From an uncultured archaeon (GTDB lineage Archaea > Thermoplasmatota > Penumbrarchaeia > JASLWR01): a stretch of DNA of 64,000 nt. The number at the start of each line of letters is the position of its first letter. The first letter of the stretch is position 1. Below are positions 38,899-48,600 of this stretch, piece by piece. The position numbers were made by a program, and so were the translations under genes. The stretch lies in assembly GCA_964342815.1 (NCBI GenBank), contig CAYFHS010000006.1, forward strand, positions 64,001-128,000. Direction: 5' to 3'. The notes below the pieces were generated by a model, which had not been told where the DNA came from, searched no databases, and saw only the letters and a list, made by a program, of their open reading frames with translations.

Positions 38899-40944
38899 AT
38901 GACATTGAATAAACAAAACAGTATATTATTGCTTACGATCTTTCTCCTGATCGCCTCGTCGCTTATTATGGGTGACCGATCCGCAGTAATGGGTAATGAC
39001 GATGTGACTCCGGTTACGGTTCAAATCCTTGCACCGGCGAACGGTACGGAAGTGAATGGCTCGGTACCGATCGATGCAAAGGTCCTCAACTGTGGCTCGA
39101 ATTGTACCGGCAACACCTCCATCTACATCGACAAGAAGTTCCAATCCATCGGGACAAGATACGATCTTGTGGGTCAGTACGAATATTTCAGACATGAATG
39201 GAACACAACGACGGTTGAGAACGGACTGCACGAGATACTCGTCTTTGATAAACACAATATCACCTACGATATAATATACCTTTTCGTAAACAACGCGGTC
39301 AACGGGAGTTCCATTAGAAATACCAGAATTACATCACCCGGCAACAACACGAATATTCAAGGTATAGTGGCCGTTCACGCTGAAGTGCTCACTTGTAATT
39401 GCAGTGGGTTATCCTCGCTGTACGTCGACGGGGATTTCATCTCGAACGGCACTCGAGGGGCCACGATCAACCACGACGGGAGGTGGTGGGAGATATTCAA
39501 ACATTCATGGGATACACGTACTGTGGAGAATGGTAGGCATACAATAAGGATCTACGGCAAGCATCCGGAATATTATCATGAGATCAGCGTGATAGTGGAT
39601 AACGAGGAAGTTGAACCGAACACAATGATTATCTCCCTGCACAACAATACTGAGGTACACGGCAATCAGAGGGTGAGCATCCGGGTAATGGCATGCAAAT
39701 GCACTGCCCTGACATCCCTCTACGTGGACGGGCTGTTCATCTCCAACGGGACGAAGGATGGGTCGGTGGGGCTGTACGAGTACTATAGCCATGAGTGGGA
39801 CAGCACGATGGTGGAGAACGGCAGGCATCTCTTGAGGGCGTACGGAAAGCACAAGGAATATTACGATGAGATCACCATATTCGTAAACAACACGGACGAC
39901 GGGTACGACGGGGAAGTGAGAATCCTGTCCCCGGAGATGAACTCGGAAGTAAAGGGTCTGGTAACGGTGAGGGTCGAGGTCACGAAGGGAAACGTCAGCG
40001 GGAACACATCGTTGTTCATTGATGACGTCTTCGTATCCAACGGGACCCATGAGCTGAGCGTCGGTCAGTATGAATACTACAGTCACCTCTGGGACAGCAC
40101 CACCGTCAATAACGGGATTTACCTACTAAAGGTAGTGGGGAAAAATAGAAAAATTTTCGATGTCATCAATGTTATTGTAAATAATCCAATCGTCATGGAG
40201 CATCCCCCCATCCGGATTGTTACACCGACGAATAATTCACAAGTGGAAGGGATCGCGGCAATAAAGGTGGAAGTATTGGCGAATATAAGTGTTAATACCA
40301 CCATATTGTACATTGACGATATATTGATGTCAAACGGCATTAGCGAGTCAAAGATAAATAAGAACGGAACCTGGTTTGATATCTACCTTTATGAATGGAA
40401 CAGCAAATCAACTTCAAACGGTAATCACGAAATAAAGGTTATCACTGACGATATGAGTTTTTTAGATTCTATTACCGTTTTTGTTCTGAATCCATTGGAC
40501 GAGTCAATCACGATCACCAAGATCATATCTCCTACGAATGGTTCTCTCATCGATAATAAAATAACCATCGAAATTGAAGTAATGGTTATTTGTCCCTGCA
40601 ACGGCACTACGATCATGTTTGTTGATGGGCTCTATTTGTCGAACGGGACCTTGCTCGATACCTATTTCCGCAACGATTCCCTGTACGAGGTGTATGCTCA
40701 CCAGTGGAACACAACATCCATCGCGGATGGATCACATTTGATTCGGATACTCGGTAAACACAGGCAATATTTCGATCAAATCACAGTTATTGTTGATAAT
40801 TCACCCGCAATAAAACCAGTAACGGACGATAATCGATCGTCCTCTTACAGAATCTTTTCAATCATTTTCGCATCCACAATCGTTGTAATAATATTAATAA
40901 CAATAATAAGAAAAAAGAAATTCCAGGACGAGTCGCAAAAATGA
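38899..40944 (+). CDS. Surface protein of six bacterial Ig-like repeats with CxC/His motifs and a C-terminal TM anchor
   Basis: Six ~90-100-aa repeats I.SP.N...V.G...H.W.T..V.NG.H.I. Signal peptide after ATG 38899 (ORF track 38815). Confidence 0.82.
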   Translation: MTLNKQNSILLLTIFLLIASSLIMGDRSAVMGNDDVTPVTVQILAPANGTEVNGSVPIDAKVLNCGSNCTGNTSIYIDKKFQSIGTRYDLVGQYEYFRHEWNTTTVENGLHEILVFDKHNITYDIIYLFVNNAVNGSSIRNTRITSPGNNTNIQGIVAVHAEVLTCNCSGLSSLYVDGDFISNGTRGATINHDGRWWEIFKHSWDTRTVENGRHTIRIYGKHPEYYHEISVIVDNEEVEPNTMIISLHNNTEVHGNQRVSIRVMACKCTALTSLYVDGLFISNGTKDGSVGLYEYYSHEWDSTMVENGRHLLRAYGKHKEYYDEITIFVNNTDDGYDGEVRILSPEMNSEVKGLVTVRVEVTKGNVSGNTSLFIDDVFVSNGTHELSVGQYEYYSHLWDSTTVNNGIYLLKVVGKNRKIFDVINVIVNNPIVMEHPPIRIVTPTNNSQVEGIAAIKVEVLANISVNTTILYIDDILMSNGISESKINKNGTWFDIYLYEWNSKSTSNGNHEIKVITDDMSFLDSITVFVLNPLDESITITKIISPTNGSLIDNKITIEIEVMVICPCNGTTIMFVDGLYLSNGTLLDTYFRNDSLYEVYAHQWNTTSIADGSHLIRILGKHRQYFDQITVIVDNSPAIKPVTDDNRSSSYRIFSIIFASTIVVIILITIIRKKKFQDESQK

Positions 40945-40981
40945 TTTGACTCATCAATCGATATATGGTCAGAGGAAGTAC

Positions 40982-42628
40982 ATGTTTAATAAAAAGGGTC
41001 GGCCCTTGGTCGTTATAATCTTGTTTTCTCTAATTATCGTATCCATGATCGCTCTACCACTGGCGGCCTATACCTTTGATTTTCTGCCCTCAAGTAGAGA
41101 TGACGATGATGACACAAAGGATAACAACACCAACTCATCACTGGTATTGGGGCCTGCACCCGATATAACGCTTTATGACAGGGTCCCCAATGGTTCGATT
41201 CGATTATCGGAATATAAAGGCAGGATGATTATATTACATTTTATGAAAATAGTTCATTTAGGCGGAGACGAGGTCAGTTTCAATGAGGATAATAAGGCGC
41301 AAATAGATATTTTGATCAAGCTCCGTGACACTTATCCCGAAGAAAATATTTCTCTCGTAACGGTGTTGGTCCCCAACTGCTGCATGCCATCCAAGGATTT
41401 ATGGCTCAATAATATATATGACCAATCAGAGATAAGCTGGCACTTTGAGAATGATCTTTACTATAAGACATCCATGGCATATTTCGACTATATCGGGGAT
41501 GAAAGCGGTTTATTGATAGAGGATCCTACAATTGTACTGATCGACCGGGATTTTAAAATAATCTCGGTCTCGGGTTTTGTGTCGTTTGATAAATTTGATC
41601 GAATTATATCCAATTACACAAGGAATGATGGCTATATTAGTGAAGAAGACCTTCTTCCTCAGGTCCAACGAACGAAGGATTTCAGCCTTATAAAAGCCTA
41701 TGGCACGGTTTTTGTTTCCGGCTTTCTCTCAAGCATCGATCCTTGCTGCATAGCAATGCTGGTTGTTACCATAATCGTCTTGGAAGGGTTGTTGAAGAAT
41801 TGGGGCGATCGATCCAGCAATAAAAAAGAGATAATTAAGCGCAAGGGGGGAAAAAACGATGACCGAATGGAGAGAATAATCGTCGTTTTGGGATTCTGTA
41901 TTGGTATGGGTATTATATTTTTCATTATTGGATTGGCTGCAGCCTCTCTTATTTCCTTACTTCCATATTTTCAAAATACTGCTAAATTCTTGATCGGGGC
42001 GCTGATTATATTGCTAGGATTAAAATTGCTGAGGGTTTGGTCATTGGTTTTACGATATACCCCATTCTTAAATAGATACGCTCACGATCATAATCATCAT
42101 TCCTGTGCCTCTCATGCTCACACTCATACTCATAGTCATAGTTCTTCTCATCATGAAAATTTTGACAAGAAATCCAAAACTCAACACGACCCCGATGGAT
42201 CGAGACTACATACCGCCGGAAGGACTCCCGATGGAATTTCCGATAAATGCGATTGCCATGAAGGTGACATTCAAGGACGAATGCAGCGTTTCTTCGTTCA
42301 TCTGAGGAAATATCCTTTATGGACCGCAAGCATAATCGGTGCTGTCTTTTTTGGAATTCTCGAGATCCCGGGAGATACCTTTCTGATATCACCGTCTGTT
42401 TTATTCCTGGTCTCGCTAAAAACTCCGGTGATAATGATTGGTATTTTTATGTTCATATTTGGTCTTTCCAAGGGTGCTATTATAATCCCTTTTATAGTAA
42501 GTATCGGATTTATAAGACGCGTCATTGATTCAAACCTATGGCAAAGGACGGTCCGAAAAATTACAACGCTCTTGGGTTTTTTACTTATAATCTGGGGCGT
42601 GTACCTAATCTGGTTGTATAGCTTATAA
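40982..42628 (+). CDS. Fusion of a thioredoxin-like (TlpA/ResA-type) ectodomain and a CcdA/DsbD-type TM domain with a His-rich loop
   Basis: APDITL....IRLSEYKGRMIILHF and PTIVLIDRD (TlpA-like). GFLSSIDPCCIAML (CcdA-like). HDHNHHSCASHAHTHTHSHSSSHH. ATG 40982 (ORF track 40946). Confidence 0.7.
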   Translation: MFNKKGRPLVVIILFSLIIVSMIALPLAAYTFDFLPSSRDDDDDTKDNNTNSSLVLGPAPDITLYDRVPNGSIRLSEYKGRMIILHFMKIVHLGGDEVSFNEDNKAQIDILIKLRDTYPEENISLVTVLVPNCCMPSKDLWLNNIYDQSEISWHFENDLYYKTSMAYFDYIGDESGLLIEDPTIVLIDRDFKIISVSGFVSFDKFDRIISNYTRNDGYISEEDLLPQVQRTKDFSLIKAYGTVFVSGFLSSIDPCCIAMLVVTIIVLEGLLKNWGDRSSNKKEIIKRKGGKNDDRMERIIVVLGFCIGMGIIFFIIGLAAASLISLLPYFQNTAKFLIGALIILLGLKLLRVWSLVLRYTPFLNRYAHDHNHHSCASHAHTHTHSHSSSHHENFDKKSKTQHDPDGSRLHTAGRTPDGISDKCDCHEGDIQGRMQRFFVHLRKYPLWTASIIGAVFFGILEIPGDTFLISPSVLFLVSLKTPVIMIGIFMFIFGLSKGAIIIPFIVSIGFIRRVIDSNLWQRTVRKITTLLGFLLIIWGVYLIWLYSL

Positions 42629-42775
42629 TAAAACAAATAGAGTCATGAAAATTATTAGCTCCGAATTGCCATATCAAGATGCAATATGAATGTCCTATAA
42701 CTATCAATGAAATATATAAGCAATGACATATATTACCGGTCTCTTTTGAACTATTCGTCAAAGGTGGTTGTTATA

Positions 42776-45367
42776 ATGGGTTATCTGAAAAGGATTATCG
42801 TGCTCCTTGCTACGATCTTGATATTTATTCACGTTTTTAATATTTCCACCCATTCCACAGTGGAAATATCCAGAATGAGGCGCTATTCGGGGACCCGGGC
42901 GGATGATGAACCACCCCGTTTAGTTGTGGATAATACTCCCGGGACGGGTAATACCGGAGAAGAATTAACCTTCTCGGCGAATTTCACGGACAACGTAAGT
43001 GTGATAGCCGTACGGGTGAACTACACCTACGATAATATCCTATTCTACAATAGATCCATGAACAATACCGCCGGGGAGAGCTGGTCTCTGACCATTACAG
43101 TCAATATTACTGCAACGAAGATCGATTATTATTTCCATTTCAATGACAGTGCTAACAATACGAACACTTCTGTGACAGAAAGAATAGATATAATCGACAT
43201 CATCCCTCCGGTGGCGAATGCCGGTGCGGATATGAGCCTGCCCCAGGGGGCAGGCTTTTACCTTGATGGCTCAAACAGTACCGACAATATCGGGATCGTA
43301 AATTATACGTGGAATTGGAAATGCTTAACTGGTTGCAACACATCTCATATGGCCTATGGCGTCAATCCGTTTATCTACGCGCTCACCTTTGATTTCTCGG
43401 TCGATCTCATCGTAAGAGATGCCGAGGGGAACATCGATAACGATTCGATAAATATCACGATAACCGATATAATCCCCCCTATTTCCGATGCCGGGGATGA
43501 TATCATTATAGACCAGCATGAAATAGCCCGTTTCAACGGTAACGCGAGCAGCGATAATTACGGTATCAATTTCGGGATAGTGAACTACACATGGTCCTTT
43601 AATTACAGCGACACAGTCGTAAACCTTTATGGTATGTACGCAAACTTTTCCTTCGATATAGCGGGAGAATACGAGGTGATCCTCACTGTGGCCGATGCCG
43701 CAGGGAACACCGGACCCTTATGTTCGGACAGCGTCTTGGTCACAGTCCGAGATATCACTCCTCCTCAAGCAAATGCAGGCGAGGATGTGGATATCGACCA
43801 GCATGGGACCGTTCATTTCAACGCTAATCTGAGTACGGATAACGTTTTCATCCTGCACTTTACGTGGTCGTTCTTCGATGATTTCGAAAAATCATTTTTC
43901 GGTATTTCCCTGAATTATACATTTCACAATGCAGGTACATATAATATCACTCTAAATGTTTCAGACGGGGCGGGAAACTGTGCCTATGATACATTTAATG
44001 TGACCGTGAGGGATACAACGGCTCCCATGGCCGATGCAGGGTGGAACTGGACGAACATGAACTATGGTGAACTCATCGTTCTGAACGGGAGCGGCAGCCG
44101 AGACAATGTCGGGATAATCAACTATACCTGGAGCTTTTTATACAATAATTCTCACCATTACCTCTATGGTGAAGAGGTCTCCTTTCGTTTTTTCAGCCTT
44201 GGTGAAATTAAAATTCGATTGAATGTGACTGATGCGGAGGGGAATATTGGTGTAGACAACTGTACTATTGAAGTTGTTGACAAGATCCCCCCGAAAGCCG
44301 ATGCGGGACCGGATATGGTGGTCGGCGTAGGTTTATCGGTAATTCTGGATGCAAATGGGACAACGGACCATTCGAAAATAATTTCATATATATGGATGTT
44401 CACATATAACAAGGTCACAGAAATTTTGAACGGATCAAGGATTAATTTCACATTCGACATAATTGGCATATATGAGACCCTGCTGATAGTAAAGGATGAA
44501 TGGGATAACACGGCCACGGATATCCTTATCATCGAGGTCAGGGATACCACGCCTCCCGTGGCAGAGGCTGGCGTTGACAGGGAAACATTGGAGGGAAAGA
44601 AAATTCATTTCTCCGGTGATGGATGGGATAATATCGCTGTTATGAATTACAGCTGGAAATTCACCTATAATAACTCTGAAGTGATTCTCGAAGGAAAGGT
44701 GGCTACCTTTCTTTTTGATATTGCCGGCAATTATTCCGTAACCCTCACGGTGACCGATGAGGCGGGAAATTATGGTAAGGATATTATGTGGGTGAACGTG
44801 AGCATCCTCCCGGATGGAGATGATGACGACGATGATAACGATGACGATGATGTCGGCGACGATGATGACGGCGACGATGATGTCGGCGACGATGATGATG
44901 TCGACGACGATGTGACGGATAATGACGAAAAGAAAACCGCTGAAAAATCTTTTTTAACTTCTCCCACCGGTTTGATAATCGCAGTTGCACTGCTGATCCT
45001 GATCATCCTTGGAGTGGTGATCGCAGTGAGGAAAAAACGCCGGATCGACGAGCCAGAGGCCGCGCCGGGTGAGAAAGCGGGTGTAATTACCGCTGATGTC
45101 CATAATGGGAAAAGGGACGGGGCCATTGAAGTGGAGGAGGATGCGGTCTTGAAAGATGATGGAGTGACTGAAACAGAGGGCGGAAAGGGGGCTGAAGAGG
45201 AGCCAGAAGTGGAGACTGATGAGGAGCCAGAAGTGGAGACTGATGAGGAGCCAGAAGTGAAGGCTGAAGAGGAGGTTGAGGAGGTGGGCGATGCAGGAAT
45301 TGACATTGATGTTGCTGTGGATGACGAGGCAGCCAACGAACTCTCCAAAAACAATCTCAGTCCGTAA
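42776..45367 (+). CDS. PKD-repeat surface protein with an Asp-rich stalk, TM and Glu-rich tail
   Basis: About six PP.A.AG.D...F.G..S.DN..I..Y.W repeats. DDDDDDND tract. TM IIAVALLILIILGVVIAV. ATG 42776 (ORF track 42707). Confidence 0.85.
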   Translation: MGYLKRIIVLLATILIFIHVFNISTHSTVEISRMRRYSGTRADDEPPRLVVDNTPGTGNTGEELTFSANFTDNVSVIAVRVNYTYDNILFYNRSMNNTAGESWSLTITVNITATKIDYYFHFNDSANNTNTSVTERIDIIDIIPPVANAGADMSLPQGAGFYLDGSNSTDNIGIVNYTWNWKCLTGCNTSHMAYGVNPFIYALTFDFSVDLIVRDAEGNIDNDSINITITDIIPPISDAGDDIIIDQHEIARFNGNASSDNYGINFGIVNYTWSFNYSDTVVNLYGMYANFSFDIAGEYEVILTVADAAGNTGPLCSDSVLVTVRDITPPQANAGEDVDIDQHGTVHFNANLSTDNVFILHFTWSFFDDFEKSFFGISLNYTFHNAGTYNITLNVSDGAGNCAYDTFNVTVRDTTAPMADAGWNWTNMNYGELIVLNGSGSRDNVGIINYTWSFLYNNSHHYLYGEEVSFRFFSLGEIKIRLNVTDAEGNIGVDNCTIEVVDKIPPKADAGPDMVVGVGLSVILDANGTTDHSKIISYIWMFTYNKVTEILNGSRINFTFDIIGIYETLLIVKDEWDNTATDILIIEVRDTTPPVAEAGVDRETLEGKKIHFSGDGWDNIAVMNYSWKFTYNNSEVILEGKVATFLFDIAGNYSVTLTVTDEAGNYGKDIMWVNVSILPDGDDDDDDNDDDDVGDDDDGDDDVGDDDDVDDDVTDNDEKKTAEKSFLTSPTGLIIAVALLILIILGVVIAVRKKRRIDEPEAAPGEKAGVITADVHNGKRDGAIEVEEDAVLKDDGVTETEGGKGAEEEPEVETDEEPEVETDEEPEVKAEEEVEEVGDAGIDIDVAVDDEAANELSKNNLSP
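45197..45268 (+). repeat. Coding tandem repeat, 24-bp unit x3 (EEPEVETD)
   Basis: gaggagccagaagtggagactgat twice, plus one variant copy. Confidence 0.9.
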
Positions 45368-45449
45368 GGTATCGGCTGAGAACTGTTAATAGACTTTTTG
45401 AATAATGTCAAATTGACAAATCTTAAAAAGTAGAGGTGATCCTACAGGC

Positions 45450-45689
45450 TTACTTTCCCCTATCGAGGGCGTTTTTCAATATCCTCAGGTCCGTGCTCCA
45501 GGGCGGGACAGCACTAGATAAGCTCTCATCTATCAAAGCGGATAATTTCTCACAATCCAGGTCCCTATGTTCATGAATGAATTCGAGGACAGAAGGGTGA
45601 TCGGACAGATAGGGGGCCGCGAGAGCATATGCCTCTTTTATGCGGTCCTTGAGATTGCTTATATCGGGGGATTCCTGCAAAGTACTCAA
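45450..45689 (-). CDS. Small helical hypothetical protein
   Basis: 79 aa. The TTG start overlaps the upstream TGA (TTGA), which suggests translational coupling. Confidence 0.5.
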   Translation of the reverse strand: MSTLQESPDISNLKDRIKEAYALAAPYLSDHPSVLEFIHEHRDLDCEKLSALIDESLSSAVPPWSTDLRILKNALDRGK

Positions 45690-48600
45690 TCCTTATCTTT
45701 TGTTACCGGTTTCATCTTCGGCCGCTCTTTTTCCCCTACGGGTCTCATGGTGGGGGTGGCGCCTGTCCTTGGTTTGATCGAGGGTCTGCGAGGAGATGTT
45801 CGGGGTTTCATCATCGGCCGCCCCATTTGTTTTGTTATCCCGTTACCAGCCTCAACCTGTACCACCGGACTTGCCTCAACCTTTACCGCGGGACTGGTCT
45901 GCATCGACCGATCCCGGGGTTTCATCATTGGTCGTCCAACCTGTTTTGATATCCCTGGACCTGATCCGCCCGGCACCACAGGACTGGTTTGCCTGGGCGC
46001 ATGGCGGGATTTGGGGGATCTCAATATACCGAATAAATCGTCCAATTTATCATTCTCCCCTTTTGATCTGGAGACCACAGGGCCGGAAACGGGTTTCATC
46101 ATCAACGGTTTTTTCGTACGAGCTTTTTCCGTTTCCTTTTTTTCCGATTTTGGCTTTAGCATCAAATATTGCTTCCTTTCAGGGATGACGGGAGTACTTT
46201 GCCTAGTTTGTTCTTCTTCTTTCCCGTGATCCTCATCCATTGGTACTGATTCTCCAGGAATCGGAATCTCATCAGACTTTTCGTATTGATCGCTCTCAAC
46301 ACTTTCTTTCGATTCACCATCGGATGTCTGTGCATCCTCGCCCCACTCCCCGTATTGTGCTTCATCCGTTTCGGAACTTGTATCATGTTCTTCCCACTCT
46401 GTCCGATCCCCTTCATGCAAATAAGTGGTTGAATCTTTTTCTTCCCACTCACTCTGATCCTCCTCATGCATATCAGTGGTTGAATCTTTTTCTTTCCACT
46501 CACTCTGATCCTCCTCATGCATATAGATGGCTGAATCTTGTTCCTCTCGCTCACTCTGATCCTCCTCATGCATATAGATGGCTGAATCTTGTTCCTCCCG
46601 CTCACTCTGATCCTCCTCATGCATATCAGTGGCTGAATCTTTTTCTTTCCACTCACTCTGATCCTCCTCATGAATATAGGTGGCTGAATCTTGTTCCACC
46701 CGCACACTCTGATCCTCCTCATGCATATAGATTGCTGAATCTTGTTCCTCCCACTCACTCTGATACGATCTCTGGGTGGACGTAGTGCCAGTTATCTTCG
46801 ATGGAGGTTTGTAGATCGTGAATCCCAGATCGGTTCCCCCGCTATCTACCTGGTCCTGGCCGCTTACGAAATAACCGGTTCCCTCGTCCTTTATCGTATC
46901 TTCCTTTTTCTTTTCCTTTTCCGTATCCCCCTCCATGCCTTCGAAGAAATCATCCAGTTCCAAACCATCGAATTCGGGCTTTATCCCCCTGTCGTGAAAC
47001 TTGTATTCTTCTCCTTCCACCAACCCGGTGTCTATCAACGGATCCTTTCTTCGAGACCTGCTTATCCTTATCACGATGGTGGCCACTATGACAAGTACGA
47101 TAACAGCACCAAGTATCTCCAGGATCAATAATAATGGCGAATCATTTCCTTCGGAGTTCTGATCGACATGGTATACCACCATTTCGCTCCCGGTGATAGA
47201 TAAACGATATTCCACCGATCCATCCGTTACTTTCCATTCATTTTCTTTATCGGAACTGATCACGGCACGCTTTGACAAGTTGATATCATTCAGGGAAAAG
47301 CAGTTTTTCAATTTATCGCTCACAGGGCCAGGGTTCAGCCCACCACAGTCCTCAAGTAGCATGCTGAATAGATAACCTTCATTTGCCTCCCTCACGATAT
47401 ATGTCAGTACCACCCGATTGTTGGATTCATTCATCTCCGAGATGATTCCCCCGGGGTCCACAATAAAGAAAAAACGATAGGTACTGTATGTGCTTGGACT
47501 GAAATCGAAAGAGAGCTCTTTGTTCATTTCGGATTTAAAATCGAATATTTCCCGGGTTCTGTAGGGAGCGATCCTCTCGTCGTTGATATACAGAGAGACG
47601 TTGAATCGATCAATGTCAAGGTTTCCCACGTTCCTAACCCAAATCTTCAGTTCGATGCTGTTGATATTTGCACTGCTGATGTTTTCCGATGAGTCTACAA
47701 GATGGGAATCCAGTGAGATTATTTTATCTATTTCAATATCAAAACGTACGATCTTGACGATAAAATCTATTGAATCCGATGCGGGATTTTCGGACGGATC
47801 CTTGGTGGATGTCACGTGGACGGTGAAATGATATTCCCCTATGGCGATACCGAAAGGAGCCCGTACTGTCAATATCAGGTTTCCGCGGGTTTCCCGGTAT
47901 TGAAGCATAACCTGCGAGATCATAAAATCGGGTGGTCTCCATCCTTCTTTCTCGGGATAGTCGATGGTAAAAAGCAATATGTCCTGTGCGTTTCCGAGAT
48001 TGCTGACATTGAATTGGAACAAATCCAGCCGCTTTTCGGGGTCGGTCTCGTCCGAGTTGATGGATAGAATCTCGTCTCCAATTCGACCCGTCATCTTAAG
48101 AGAGTATTGTTTCATTATTTCGAAAGAGAAACTTAGAGTTTCTTCTATGACAAGCTGCATTTCCCGTGCACCTGTTGAGACAACCTGTATACCGATAATA
48201 TATTTGCCAGCCCTGCTCATTTCTGGTATTCGGACATAGAAAAAGATCTCATGAGAAAAACCGTTTCCCATTTCAACATTTCTGGTATCAAGTTCGCACC
48301 AAGATGTGACGTTGATATCCCCTCCCTTTTGCAGTTGGATACTGTAATTATCCTCACCATTGCCGGAGTTCTCCACGGAGAAATTATATGTTATCATTTC
48401 CCCTGGAAAAACCTTAATTGAATTTGTTTTCTGGGTGAGGTTAAGATCGAACTCCTGAAATACCGTGATATTGAATGTAATGGAATCGTCGGGTAATTGT
48501 TTCAGGGAGCTATAGGTTTCAATGCTTATTGTATAGGTCCTGTTCAGAGCGGTTTCGGGGATCACCAGCGATAGAACGCAACGGGCTTTCCCGTATCTTT

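Noticed and set aside
44770-46229. Ser-rich 213-aa (minus) and 220-aa (plus) ORFs
   Set aside because: They are antisense shadows of acidic or low-complexity tails of real genes.
46406-46762. 51-bp repeats as CRISPR or a non-coding array
   Set aside because: There are no spacers. The repeat encodes an in-frame 17-aa unit. The overlapping 198-aa and 181-aa ORFs are shadow frames of the repeat.
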